NCBI GenBank assembly: GCA_004431415.1
Contig: QPMI01000271.1
Coordinates: forward strand, 45,659-109,658
From: Cyanophora paradoxa CCMP329
Lineage: Eukaryota; Plantae; Glaucophyta
Direction of reading: 5' to 3'
Length of the DNA stretch: 64,000 bases
Shown: positions 9,951 to 22,615 of the stretch, one piece after another
How positions within the stretch are numbered: the stretch's first letter is position 1
Layout: every line of letters starts with the position of its first letter
Made by a program: the position numbers and the translations under genes
The notes under the pieces: generated by a model
Databases searched by the model: none
Seen by the model: only the letters and a program-made list of their open reading frames with translations
Told to the model about the DNA's origin: nothing

Positions 9951-12230
9951 ATGCAGGGCTTTGTATTCGTGCTCGTCACCAGCCTGGCGTGGCTGGCCCT
10001 GCTGTCCCTCGCGCGACGAGTCGTCCCGCCGGTGCGTCCTGAACTCGGAGGGATCGGCGCGCGCGCGCGCGCGCCTGCCGTTCGCTCTGACTTCGCTGCG
10101 CAGAACTCCAGAAGATTCAGCATACACTTTCCGTGGCATATATCGTGGACGACCTCGCGGTACGCCGCCGCGTGCTCTCCGGCGAGCGCTTCGCACACCG
10201 ACGCGCCGCAGGTTCAACACGCTGATCTGGAACATCGGGAGGAGGAGAAAAGCGCAGCTGATGCTGTACGTGACGTTGAGTTGCATAACGTGCACATTGA
10301 TAACACTGCATAACGTGCGTGCAGCTGGTACCGCGCCGGCACACCCCTCGCGGTGAGCTGCATGCTCATCGGGATGTACCTGCTCTTCCGGAACGCGTCG
10401 GATTGGCTCCGCGGCGGCCCGTCAGGGGCGGATGGCGGACAGCGATCGCCCGGCGTTGCACTCGTGCGCGGCTCGCCGTGCGGGCTCGGGGCTGGCGCGT
10501 GCAACGCGGCCCGTGACGCGGGCGGCGCAGGTGCCGCTGATCCCCGGACTGACGATGCCGTTGAGCCACCTCGTGTACCTGTGGGGCGCGCTGCTCTTCA
10601 GGTCGCGCCCTCCCGCCCAGGCCGGCCCCTCGCCCGCCCCTCACGCGCCGCTCGCTCCGGGCAGCGCGGGGGTGCACGAGGCGGGGCACGCGCTGTGCGC
10701 GGCGGCGCACGGGGTGCGGACGACGGAGGCCGGCGCGTACGTCTCCTTCATGGCCCCGCTTGCCTTCGTCCGCCTCGACGGCGTCGACTCCCAGCACGTC
10801 GCCGCCCAGGTGCCCCCTAGCCCCCGCCCCGCCCCGCCCCGCCCCCGCCACCCCAGCGCCGCCCCCGCCGCCCCTGACCGGTCGGCCGCAGCTGCGCATC
10901 TACTGCGCCGGCTCGTTTCACAACATTGTGACGGTGCGACGGGCGGGGCGCGCGGGGGCGGCGGGCGGCGACGGGGCCGGCAGGCGCTGGGGCGTGGCTC
11001 GGCGTGCTGCTGCTGCCGCTGCTGCTGTGGCCGCTGTACGCGGCGGCGGGGCCGGGCCCCGTGGTGCTCGGGGTAGACCCGGCGTCGGCCCTGGGGCCGC
11101 ACCTGCGCCCCGGCGACCTCCTCACGGGCCTGAACGACTGCCCCGTCGCCTCCCTCGACGACTGGCGCGCCTGCATCCTCCACGCCGCCGCCGCTGCCCC
11201 CAGCTTCTGCCTGCCCCCCGCCTCCCTCGCTGCAGGTCACCCCCTCCCCCCGCGCCGCCGCCCCGCCCGGCGGCGCCTCACGCCTGCCGCAGCCGCCTCC
11301 AGGGGCGGCGACTGCTGCGGGGCCGGCTACGACGGACCCCTGCAGTGCTTCCGCGCCCTCTCGCCCCCGCCGGCGAGCGGGCGGGCCGGGGCGGGGCACG
11401 GGCGGGCGCTCCTCGCCGCTGCCCCGACGGGCCTCTGCCTCCGGGGGCCGAGTTTCGCGAGAGCGACCCTGCGACGGCGCCGGCGGCATCCCCGCCCCGT
11501 GCCCCAACGCCGGTGCGGGGCCCCGGGGCGGGCGTGCGGGGCGGGGCGGGCGAGGGGTGACGGGGCGCAGGGACGTGCGGGGAGGCGCAGGTGCCGGAGG
11601 GGCAGCTGCTCGCCGTGCTCTCCGTGCTGCCGCGCGGCGGGCCCCGCGGAGACGCCGCCGGCAACGCGACGGGCCGAGGGCCGCCCCCGACGCCCCCTCC
11701 GTGTCGCCTTCGCCGGCTCCCCCGCCCAGCTCCTCGCCGCCGGTGCGCGAGGCGCCCCGCACGCGCCGCCCGTCGCGGGGCCGAGGGCGGGGGCGGGGCA
11801 GTGGACGCGGCGCATCGGGTGGCGCGGCTGGGCCTGCTGGCGGCCTTCGACCTCCCCGGCCACCTCGAGCGCCTCCTCCGCTACCTCTTCTCCGTCTCCC
11901 TCGGTCCGCCCCCCCGCCCCCGCCCCCGCCCGCCCGCCGCGGGAGCCTCTGACGGGCGGTGCAGCGCTGGCGGTGCTGAACATGGTGCCGTGCCCGGGGC
12001 TGGACGGGGCCCCCGTGGCGAAGCTTCTCGCCGAGATGCTCGCCCTCCACGCCCCGCTCGCCCTCTTCGCCCCCGCCAGCTCCGCCCGCGCCCTCATCGA
12101 CCTCGGCGCCAACCTCGATGGGCCCGTCGCCGTCTCTCCCCTCGCAAGGGCCGCTTCCCGCGCGTGCAACGCCTTCGGCGCGGCCCTGCTCCTCCTCAAT
12201 GCCCTCGCCGTGTTCTTCGCCCGCCGCTGA
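9951..12230 (+). CDS. MBTPS2: Site-2 intramembrane zinc metalloprotease (M50, MBTPS2-like; multi-exon)
   Basis: VPLIPG, HEAGH (HExxH), LRIYCAGSFHN, a Cys-rich/PDZ-like insert and VLNMVPCPGLDG (NxxPxxxLDG). Confidence 0.88.
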
Positions 12231-12613
12231 CCCGCCCCCCGCCCCTTCCGCCCACTTTCGTCGAACGTACTCGCATTCCTCGGAGCGAGCGCTGGGCAGG
12301 AGCCCGAGGGGTACGGGGCTCAGCGGCTGGATGGGGCGCCGGGCAGGAGAGGGGCCTGGCGAGCAAATTGGCCCTGAGGGAGGGTAGAGAAGACAGGACC
12401 TGGGTCGGGCCGGGAGGCGCGTCGGGGGGGCGGGGCGCGGGACTCGGGAGAGACTGCGACAGGAGAAAGGCAGCGCTGGGATCTGGGATCAGAGGAGAGC
12501 GGCTGGACCTGAGAAGCCGGAGCGGAGAGGAATGGGTCTGGGAGAGGAAGGCAGAGGACCGAAGAGGCCCCCCCAGGGCAGGCAGGCCAGAAAAGAGTTG
12601 ACACGCGTGCCGG

Positions 12614-13127
12614 TCAATCTTCGTCGCTTGCTTCGCCGCCCAGGGGCGCACGTGCCTTCGGTCCTTTCTTCTTGGATAACCTCGCCAATCTGCTCCGCTC
12701 TTCTTCTTTCAGGCGCTGGATCTGCGGGCGTAGCACCGCCCGTCAACGGGCGGAAAGCGATCAAGACGCAGCACGCACGCGTTCGATGCTCTCACTTAGC
12801 TTGTCGCTGCGAGTATGCCGAAGAAGCTGCAGGTTGCGCTGCATTAGGCTAGCCTGCGCCTCTGCTTTCTTTTGCTTCTCCGCCGCGACCAGGGCCAAAA
12901 CGCCGACGGATGGCTTCGCAGCTGGGGCGGCTGCCGCACGCTTGGCTCCTTTCTTGAGCTTAGCTATGCTGCTATCCGCACCCGATTTCGAGCCTGCGCG
13001 CTACGCACGGTTCGCGAAGGTTCAGCGCGTACGCGATCGTGCAAGTATCATGCAGGCCGCGCACCTTCACGATGGCCTTCTTCGCCTCGAGCCCCGCGAG
13101 CTGCTTCTTAACGAGCCTCGAAGACAT
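12614..13127 (-). CDS. Small basic Lys-rich protein (3 exons), unknown function
   Basis: MSSRLVKKQLAGLEAKKAIVK|GSKSGADSS...RNLQLLRHT..ESIER|IQRLKEEE...ASDED* joins in frame through two GT-AG introns. Confidence 0.55.
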
Positions 13128-13412
13128 CGCACTGCGCTATATTGCAGCGCTAGATTGGGGGGTAGGGGAGACCGAATACTCCGGCACTGATACTCCAATC
13201 TACCCCTATACCTAGGTTTGCAGTTGTTCAACTCCAGGTAGAATAGTTTGTGTAGCAAATTCCAGGCGTCGTGGGGCGCGTCCTGTGAGCAAACAACTCA
13301 TAAAAGGGGGTCTGCCAATCGGCTGAGCTGGTCGGGCACGGCCATTTTGGACTTTTGTGCTGCTGCGGAAGTCGCGTCGCGAAACCACGGTGCGGACGCG
13401 ATCTAGCGCCAC

Positions 13413-14318
13413 TTAAACGCGAACTATGCTGTTCCAGCTACGCGTGAGCGTGGTCTGGCGGCCGTCCGCCGCAACTTTGGGAACCTGACCGCGGCGGGCA
13501 GGATCCGGACCAAGACCTTCACAACGCTCCAGCATCATTCCGACAAGCTTCCGGTATCACTCGAAGGCGGTGAGAATGACCGTGCTTGCCCTAGAGCGCG
13601 ACAAGCGCCGCCCCCGCGCTCAGTTGGGCGTCCACAACTCCGCCCCTCGCGCCGTACTGGCGCCGTAGCTAGCGCCCCCGCAAGTTGTAGTGAAGCTCTT
13701 GGAGGGATCTATCGGCTCGCCTCATCGAGCGCGCCTTTTAATTTGTCCGCAGGGGACTGCCCTACAACCCCGGAGCGAGCCCCGTGTCCGCGTACTCGCG
13801 GTGCTCTGCCTGGCCGCCTCTGCCCGTGCTCTTGTGGCCCGTGGATGCCCGCCTCTAGCAATGACATATTACGTACGCGGTGAGTACCGTAGCCGGCCCC
13901 TGCTGCGCTTCCAGCCTGGGAGGCAGGCGAGGCGCCATCTTGATCTCCGTTGCCCGCTGCGCTCGAGCCCTGTCAGCAAGTTTCTCGACCATATTACTGT
14001 ATTACCTTGTGGCGGGCTGAAGATGAGCTCGTATCGGATGCCTTCCGCATCAGTCGCTAGCTGGTCCCACGCGATGTACTGGTTGGGCTGCAGGACGACG
14101 CTACGACTGTCCACAACGGCGCCGCCGTTCTTGAAGTCCTTCGCTACCATCCTAACGATGTTCTGGCCGGCCCGGCCTTCGGGAAGTTGCTGCGCTAGCG
14201 CCCTGGCGCCGCCTGCAAACAGCGATGGCAACGAACATGGGATTGGCCCACCTCCGCTGCTGAAGAAGACTATGGACGGAGTTGTTACGCTAGCGGGATC
14301 CCCCGGCTCGGCCTCCAT
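13413..14318 (-). CDS. Hypothetical protein (3' exon structure uncertain)
   Basis: 149-aa first ORF (MEAEPGDPASVTTPSIVFF...) with globular composition, head-to-head with the METTL6-like gene. Confidence 0.4.
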
Positions 14319-14409
14319 GCTCGGAACGACTTCAAAAACGGATGCGCGCCGAAACGACTAATGCGGGTATAAGGTAGTTTGGAGTTAGTTGCCTCGGATA
14401 ACCGAACTG

Positions 14410-15943
14410 ATGGCGACCGGCGGCGGGGCAAGCGGCGGTGATTTAGCGAGCAGCGGCGATGCAGCGAGCAGCTCGGCTGCTGCGGGGAGCATGGAGTATA
14501 AACCCTACGCAGGCTACAACGACGGCAAAAGCGACGTGCCTCCGCACATGCGCGAGCGATACGAGCGGGAGGCGCGCAAGAACTGGTAAGCGGACGCTTA
14601 GAGCAAGCGCAGCTAGCGTTCTTGATAGCGAGCTGCGCTTTGCCGGCGCGCGCCGCTGATCGTGCACTTGCTGGAATTCAATTTAGAGCTAAGCGCACCG
14701 GCGCCGCGCAGGGACATCTTCTACATGCACAACAAAACCAAGTGCCTTTCTTGGCTTTTCAATCATTCGCCGTGAGCCGATCGCCGCTGCAGCTTCTTTA
14801 AGGACCGGAATTGGCTGGGAAGAGAGTTTCCGGAACTCTCTGGGGCGTACGAGGTGCGCTTTCAGTTCCAAGCACGTGCGCAAGCTGCTCTAATGCCTCT
14901 CTGTAGGAAACAGGCGAGTTTGCGGGGGTCTCGGCTATAGCGGAGGTCGGGTGCGGCGTCGGCAACGCGGTGAGAGCGCCGGGCCCGTGGCCGTAGCCAA
15001 AGCCACCGATGCGGGAGCTGGCGCAGCTGTTCCCGATCCTGCGAGCGAACCCCTCCATCCGAGCGTACGCGGTGGACTTTGCGCCGCGCGCGGTGGAGTT
15101 CGTCAAGGTGCGGACGCCCGCGCTCGCCGCGGGCCTCGCGCGGGGCCGACGGGCGAGCACGCAGCAACACCCCGAGTACGACGAGGCGCGCGTTATGGCC
15201 GGCGTCTGCGACATCACCAGCGAGCCCCTCACGGCCACCATGCCCCGGGAGTCAATCGAGTGCGCCCTCCCCGGCGCCCCGGCTCCGTGGCGCTCACGGG
15301 GCCCGACGGCCAGCCGCGTGCTGCTCTGCTTCGTCCTGTCGGCGATTGCGCCGGAGAAGATGCCGGCCGCCATCGCCAACGTCCGAGCGGCACGCTCCCT
15401 CGCGCCCCCCGCTCCCCGGCCCCCGCTCGAGCCGCCGCGTAGGTCCTGCGGGACGGCGGCGTCGTCCTCTTCCGCGACTACGCCGGTGCCGTCCCCCTCG
15501 GCCCGCGCTCCGCGTTCCGCTCGCGGGGGCCGACGGCGGAACGGGGCGGGGGGCGGGCGTAGACGGGGACCTGGCGCAGGAGCGGCTGCACGCGCAGAAG
15601 GGCCGGCGGCTCGCCCCGGGCTTCTACGTCAAGGCCGACGGCACCCGCTGCTTCTACTTCACCCGCGGTTTCCCCGCCCCAGCCCCGCCCCGGACCCGCC
15701 CGCACCTCACGCCGGTTGCGCCGGCCCGCGGCAGAGCGGCTGATTGAGCTCTTCGAGGCGGAGGGCTTCGACTGCGCGACCTGCGACTACCACCGCCGCA
15801 CCATCGTCAACCGCGCGCGTGACCTCCACATGAACCGGATCTGGATTCAGGCGCGCTTCGTCCGAGCCCCCAAGACCGCTGCGCCGGCGTCGGCGCCGGC
15901 GCCAGACGTAGCAGACCCTCATGCAGTTGCAAGCGCTGGCTAG
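14410..15943 (+). CDS. METTL6: tRNA N3-methylcytidine methyltransferase (METTL6/METTL2/Trm140 family; multi-exon)
   Basis: ARKNW|DIFY, FFKDRNWLGREFPEL, EVGCGVGN, AVDFAPRAV, FVLSAI, VLFRDY, FYVKADGTRCFYF and RIWIQARF. Confidence 0.9.
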
Positions 15944-16237
15944 GACCGAGTGGCAGCTGCGCCGGGAGCCAGCAGTTAGCTATGGCTTACCTAGCCGCGC
16001 GCTGCCAGGCTGACTCTGTGATCGGATGCAACTGGGCTGCAGTTGCGCCAGCGAGATGACGAGTTTCAGGGAGCATGTAATGGTGTTGGAGAAGTCGCCG
16101 GAGCGGTTGATGCCGCCCAGGGTGGCCAGCCAGGGGTACGCGAACGCCCGCGACTGAAAAAAAGCCAAACAAGGAAGGCTGGCCCGCGCACAGCAGCTAG
16201 CCCGCCAAGCAGCTCTTGAAAGCTCGAGCTCCTAGCC

Positions 16238-17456
16238 ATGTCGTCAGCATACAGAAAGCCGTTTTTGGTCCCAGACGGGTTCCAGCAGCTGCTCAAAGAT
16301 TTCGCCCGTGAAGTCATCAGGCACCAGCCCGACAACATATACGGTTTCGGCGCAAAGTACTTCGATGGTGCCAGGCCCCGTCGCGCCATCGCCTGGCCGC
16401 GGCCTCACGGCCGCGCCGCAGACCTCATCGAGCAGCGGCGGAGGCAGGCGGTCGCAGGTGATGCGCCGCCGCAGTATTCACAGACGGTGGACGTGCGGAA
16501 CATGTCCCAGGAGGAATTGGAGCAGTTCTTCATGCAGCTATTCAGGGAAGCCGATGTCGATGGGAACGGCGTGCTCGACGCAAAGGAGTTCAAGCAGGTT
16601 CGTAGCTATAGCTGCGTTTGGCTGTCCTCAGCTCCACCGCACCGCCTTGGGGTCTAGCTGTGGCGCGATATCTTCGCGCCCCCATCCCTGACCGGCCGGC
16701 GGCGCAGATCATGAAGACGGCGGATCTGGGGCTCAGTAACAAGCAGATCCTGGAGATCATGGTAGAAGCGGACGAGAACGACGACGGGAAGATCGACTAC
16801 CAGGAGTTCGTCCCCGTGGCCGTGCAGGTAGTCTCGGCCATGTACGCCAAAGCGGAGGCGATGATGGTGCGCCGCCCCGCACGCGCCCCATCTGCCCCGC
16901 GCCGGCGGCAGGCGAGCGAGCGGCGCGGCGCAGGAACAAGCGAACAGGCAGCAGGCGGCGACGGCGGCGGCGGAGGATGTGTTGCTGCACGGGATGACCC
17001 GCGAGGAGGTGGAGAACATGCTCGAGACGCTCTTCCGGGCGGCGGACAGCGACGGCAGCGGCAAGCTCTCGCGGAGGGAGTTCCGGGAGTGCCTGAAGCA
17101 CACCGACCTGGGCCTCACGCGCAAGGAGATCAACGGTTCGGGGGGCTGCTGCGGGGGCGGGTGCGGGGGCGGGGGCCGACGGGCGGGCAGCGATCATGGT
17201 GGAGGTGGACGTGGACCACGACGGGCTCGTCTCCTACGAGGAGTTCCGGCCCCTCTGCTTCTCCATCCTCGTCGAGCGGCCCGCCCCGCCCCCGCCCCGA
17301 CCCCGCCCCCGCCCGCCCCCGCCGAGGCCCCCGCAGCTTCAAGACGCAGGTGCTCGAGATGCAGCAGAGCGGCACCGAGCTCGACGAGTTCCTCCTCGAG
17401 ACCTTCGCCGCCGGCGACCCCGAGGGGACGTGCGTGCCCGCCCCCGCCCCCTCCCC

Positions 17457-17503
<47 letters not shown>

Positions 17504-18251
17504 GCTCCGGCCGACGCCACGGTGGCAGGGGCTTCCTGAGCTACGCGGAAGTGCGGGACCTGCTGCGGGGGGCGGACCTCGGCCTCACCAGGATGCAAAT
17601 CTACTCCATCATGTCCGCCGCAGAGCAGGTGCCCCCGCCCGCCCGCCCCGGCCCGGTGGCGCGGCGGCGCGCGTGCGACGGTCGGGGGCGGGGGGCAGGA
17701 CGCGGACGGGCTGATCAACTACCGGGTGTTCGTGCCGACGGCGGCGTCGATGATCTCGAAGATGCTCGCGATCTCGCACGCCGGCCACCGCGCCGTCGCC
17801 ATCGCCAACCTCGCCGCCCTCGAGGACGCCGAGCTCATGCGCGGCGTCCGCCCCGCCCCGCCCCGCCCCGACCCCGCTGCCTCCGACGCTGCCGGGGCAG
17901 ATCGACCAGGGGACCTTCGAGAACGCCCTCATGGCCGAGTTCGCTGCCTCCGACCCCGACGGCTCCGGGTCCGCCCCATCCGCCCCCCGCGCCCGCCCGC
18001 CGCCCGCCGCCGGCGCTGAAGCGAGGGCCGGCAGGACGGTGACGCGGGGGGAGTTCAAGGGGGCGCTGGAGAGCGGGGCGGTGCAGCTCTCGGGGAAGGA
18101 GGTGAACACGCTGCTGTCGGCGGTGGACGTGGACGCGGCGGGGCGCATCAACTACACCGAGTTCGTCTCCTACGCCTACGGCATCCTCGTCCACATGGCC
18201 CGCGAGGCCCGCCTCGAGGAGCGCATCGCCCAGGAGGCCGCCATGCAATGA
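16238..18251 (+). CDS. RIIa (dimerisation/docking) domain plus multiple EF-hands, radial spoke protein RSP7-like (multi-exon)
   Basis: N-terminal VPDGFQQLLKDFAREVIRHQPDNIYGFGAKYF, then EF-hands DVDGNGVLDAKE, DENDDGKIDYQE, DSDGSGKLSRRE, DVDHDGLVSYEE and others. Confidence 0.8.
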
Positions 18252-18607
18252 CCCCCCGCCCCCGCCCGCCCCTTCCCCGCCGCCCCCGCGGCGCCACGCC
18301 CTCAGACCCGCCCTCACCGTCCCCTCTCGCCGTTATGCTCTTTCTTGACCCCTGTCCGCTGTCCCCCCGCTGTTCCCCGTCCCAGTACTGTAAAGACTGC
18401 AACCGCCGCGAGCCACCGTGGTGCTCGGTGCCTGTGCGCGAAAGAAGGCTGTGCAGCTGTAGATCTGCGGGGCCGGCGGCTACGTGCCGGTCTCCGAGTA
18501 GAGTCTCGCTCGATCGCGAACGAGAGCGCAGCTACCGCGTAGATAGCACGCGAGGTCACCCAAGACGAGATCAGACGCTCTACCCCCACCACGTCAGTTC
18601 CCCCAAA

Positions 18608-20402
18608 ATGTTCGTCGCCGGCATTCCCGTGTTCCCGGCAGCCTCGTCGTCGATTGAGACAAAGTCGGCCGTGTCCCCGCAGCGGCCTGTGGTCTCAGGT
18701 GCGGGTAGCTAGGTCGCGCGCGCGCATAATAATGACAGCGACCGGCGCCGCCGGCGCGCGCGCGACCTCGCACGCGCTGACACGTTACATTTCGGCGCTG
18801 TCGCAGGCTCCTCGCAGCCGACCCGGAGCTTCATGGGCACGCCTGTCTCGGCCGGCCGCCAGTTCGGCGTCAGCAAGCTGCGCCCCAGCAGCGCTTCCGA
18901 GCAGGAGACTAGGTTCAGCGTCGAGGCATCCACCGGCAAACGCAGTGTGCCCGGCCGCGGCGATGTCAGGCTGCGCGCGGTGCTGAGCGCGCCGTTCCGT
19001 GCCCAGACATCCCCAAGGTCGGACGTGAGGCGAAGGCCGAAGACCTCCTCGCCACGGTCGACACGTTCATCTTCGACTGCGACGGTGCGGGCGCCCGGAG
19101 CGCGGCGGCGCCCGCCGGGGCCGACGGAGCGGTCAGGTGTCGTGTGGAAGGGCGACGAGGCCGTCGAGGGCGCCGCCAAGACCATCGAGTTCCTCAAGTC
19201 GAAGGCGCGCGGTCGCCCCCGCCCCCGCCGCTCGCCCCGCTCGGGCGTGCGCGAGCCTGACGTTCCGGGGCAGGGGAAGCGTGTGATCTTCGTGACGAAC
19301 AACTCGACCAAGTCGCGCAAGGGCTACCTCAAGAAGTTCGTCGACCTCGGCCTCCCCGTCGAGGCCGTGCGCTCCGCCCGCCCCCGCGCCCCCGCGCCGG
19401 AGGCGGCGGCGGCCGACGGTGCGGCGCAGGAGCAAATCTTCAGCAGCAGCTTCGCGGCGGCGGGCTACCTGGAGAGCATCAAGTTCAAGAAGACAGGCAA
19501 GAAGGTCTACGTCGTCGGCGAGACCGTGCGCCGCCGCCCCGCGCCACGCGCCGGCGCCGCGCGGGGGCCGAGGGCGGGTGCGCAGGGTATCGAGGAGGAG
19601 CTCGCCCTCGCCGGCATCCCCTACATCGGCGGCCCCGTGCGCCCCGCCCCGCACCGGCCCGCGCCCGTCTGCCTCGGGGCGCGCGCGACGGGGCGGGGCA
19701 GTCGGACGGGGAGCAGAAGGTGCAGCTGAAGGAGGGGGAGCTGATGGGGGTGGACGAGAGCGTGGGGGCGGTCGTCGTCGGCTTCGACCGCTACTTCAAC
19801 TACTACAAGATCCAGTACGCCGTCCAGTGCCTCCGCGAGCTCCCCTCCTGCCTCTTCATCGCCACCAACCAGGCGCCCCCCGCCCCGCCCCGCACCCCCC
19901 GCCCCGCCCCGCCGAGCTGACGGCGTGGCGGGCAGGACGCGGTGACGCACCTGACGTCGGCCCAGGAGTGGGCGGGGGCCGGCTCGATGGTGGGCGCCAT
20001 CAAGGCCTCCTCGGGGGTCGACCCCGTCCTCGTCGGCAAGCCCGCCCCCTTCATGCTCAACTGGATGTGCGAGCGGTGCGCCGCCGCCGCCCGACACGCA
20101 GCCGGCGCTGCGGGCGCGTGGCGAGGGGGCGGGCCAGGTTCGGGATCAAGCCGGAGCAGATCTGCATGGTGGGGGACCGGCTGGACACGGACATCCTGTT
20201 CGGGCTGGACGGTGGCCTGCGCACCATGCTCGTCCTCACCGGCGTCACCTCCGAGCAGTACCTCCTCTCCCCCGAGAACAAGGTCGTCCCCGACTACTAC
20301 GCCGGTCCGCCCCCGCCCCCCCGCCCCCGCGCCCCGCCCCCTCACCGCCCCCCAGACTCGATCTTCGCCCTCACCGGCGCCACCGCCGCCGTCCCCGCAT
20401 GA
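18608..20402 (+). CDS. PGLP1: Phosphoglycolate phosphatase, HAD class IIA, plastid-targeted (multi-exon)
   Basis: FIFDCDG, FVTNNSTKSR, VVGFDRYFNYYK, FIATN, VGKP and MVGDRLDTDILFG. Ser-rich N-terminus MFVAGIPVF. Confidence 0.93.
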
Positions 20403-20531
20403 CTGCCCCCCGCGACCGCCCCGCCCCCCGCCGCCTGTACCAGTACCCCTCTTTCAATACGGCTCCCACAGCAGCTGCGCCGGGGGGCGGGCGAGGGCGG
20501 CGGGGCGCGGGGGTGGGGGCGTCTGCATCGG

Positions 20532-21384
20532 CTACATGGGGAAGCCGCCCCCGCGGGTGTCCTCGTCGGCGTCGGCGCCGCGCCCCTCGGCGGCCTCCGT
20601 CTCGCGCGCCTCCGCCAGGTGCTTCTGCACCGCCGCCTGGATCCCGTCCAGGAAGCCTGCGCCGCAAGGCGCTCGCGGCGCGCCGCGGCGGCGGGGACGG
20701 GGGCGGGCACCGAAGTCGGGGGCGCCGGGAGCGAGCTGCTGGGGCGCAAGGCCGGCCTCGGCGTGCATGGCGCTAAGCTCCCCCTCCAAGCTCTGGTGAA
20801 TGTCGTACAGCTGCGCCCGCCTCCGTCACGCCGGCCGCCCCGGCCCGCGCACGCGACACGGCCCGCAGCACGCGCGCCTTCTTGAGCTCCAGCTGCGAGT
20901 AGCCCACGTAGTAGGGGATGCCCCCCGGGCCATCCTGTGCTCTGGCGTCAGCACAGCCGCGGCGCGCGGCGGCGCCGCGAGGGTACCTCGATGCAGGGCG
21001 GGCCGGACGGCCCCTCCTCCCTGCTGTCGACGTCGATCGCGTCGTCGTTACCGTCGACGCTGTAGCGCGACGGGCTCGGCGGCAGGTTCTGCAGCTGCCG
21101 CGAGGTTCAGGCGAGAGCGCAGCAGGGGGCGGGCGAGTCTGACCTGCTCGAGCTGCTTCTTCGCCTTCTCCTGCACGCTCTTGGGATCCCGCGCCATGAA
21201 ATCGTACTTGACCTGCAGCTCAGCGAACCTCTTCTCGAGCCGGCGCTGCATCGGGTCCTGCGCGCCCCCCGTCAGGCGCCGGAGCAGCGGGCGGCGCATA
21301 ATTCGCCCTAGCTGCCGCCACGAGCTCTACATCGTGTGCTTGCCACGCGCCTTGAGGAGGTCGTCGTCTTTCTCTTGCCCGCAT
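20532..21384 (-). CDS. Hypothetical protein (multi-exon; start uncertain)
   Basis: Exon peptides DPMQRRLEKRFAELQVKYDFM, GWPGGIPYYVGY and GFLDGIQAAVQKHL; ends GGGFPM*. Confidence 0.45.
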
Positions 21385-21590
21385 CGCACGCGCTGGACCG
21401 CAAGGCCCGACGGCGCGTGTACGCAAGGCGGCCTTCGGACCGCGCTCACTGGAAGCCCCACATGTACAGGAACGAACGCCATTGTGAACGATGCGCTCAG
21501 GGGGCTCCGAACGAGCCTGCCTCAATCTTGCGAGCGAGGTACCCCCCGAGGAAACCTTGTACCTTCGACCGGGCGCAGCGCGCTTGCACC

Positions 21591-22615
21591 ATGCCCCGTT
21601 CAGCTTTCAGCGTCTTGGTTTGCCCCGTATCGCCAGCCCGCTTTAGTCCAGAAGCGTGGCTGGCAATACCGGAGAGCTCAAGCTTTTGCCCCCGTCCCGC
21701 GGCCGTCCGCGCCATTCGGCCGCGAAGGGAACGCTCCTTCGCATTCTACGCAACAGCCGACGACTCCGGCAGTCTGTCGCCTGCGACCACCTTCGAGACG
21801 GGATGTACGTACGGCCGGCGCAGCGCCGCGCCGCCTGATCGGTGACGCGCAGCGCTGGTATGGTACAAGGATAAGTGGGGCGATCAGTTGGCGGGTGTCG
21901 TCATGTCCAGGAACTCAAAAAATGCGGTCGAGGTGAAGCCACTCGAGGTGGGCCGGCGCCGGCTGCGGCGCTGCGGCTGCGCGGCCTCGCGGAGCGGCCG
22001 GCAAGCCCGGGACGCGCAGGGGAAAAGCGAGCGGAGCGTGTGGGTGGATGAGGGGGCGCTACAGCCGTGGGAGGCTACGGGGGAGCGGGTTCGGGACGAG
22101 GACGTGGAGTGGCGGGCGCGGGCCTTTCGCCCGTACGAGGCCGGGGCGGTCTCGGAGGAGGAGCGGGAGCGGGCGCTGGCGGAGTACGAGCGGCTGAAGG
22201 GTGGCGTGCTGCGGGACGCGGCGCTGCTCGCCCTCGCCGGGACCGCCGCCGCCGGCGCCCTCGGCGGGCCCCGCCAGGCCCTCCCCTACCTGGTGGGAGG
22301 CCTGGCGGGCCTCATGTACCTTTGGGCCGGTCGGCAGACCCCGCCCGCCCGCCCCGCCGCCCCCCGGCCCGCCTCACCCGCCGCACGCCGGCCGCAGTGG
22401 CGCGCAAGGCAGAGCAGGTTGCGGAGGGGAAGCCGGCGCTGCTCCCGATCCCGCTCCTCGTCGCGGCGCCGTTCGCCGCGCTGCTCGCCCTCGCCCGGCA
22501 GTCGGGGCTCGAGGGGCCGGCGCTGCTCGAGAGCCTCGCCCCCGCCCTCCTCGGCTTCTTCGCCCACAAGCTGCCCCTGTTCCTCCGCGTCACCGCCGAC
22601 GCCGGCCGCAAGTAG
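21591..22615 (+). CDS. CGL160/Atp1(UncI)-like membrane protein, probably plastid-targeted
   Basis: EYERLK, hydrophobic helices with YLVGGLAGLMYL, PLLV, and C-terminal LLGFFAHK (compare GFFTYK of the CGL160/Atp1 family). Confidence 0.6.

Noticed and set aside
13140-13600. Lower-GC stretch considered as a tRNA or snRNA locus
   Set aside because: No cloverleaf or Sm-site pattern recognised; better explained as 3' exon/UTR and promoter sequence.
17459-17501. Long poly-C runs (also ~27626-27649 and ~54610-54627)
   Set aside because: Intronic or intergenic homopolymers, prone to sequencing error, with no independent evidence of function.
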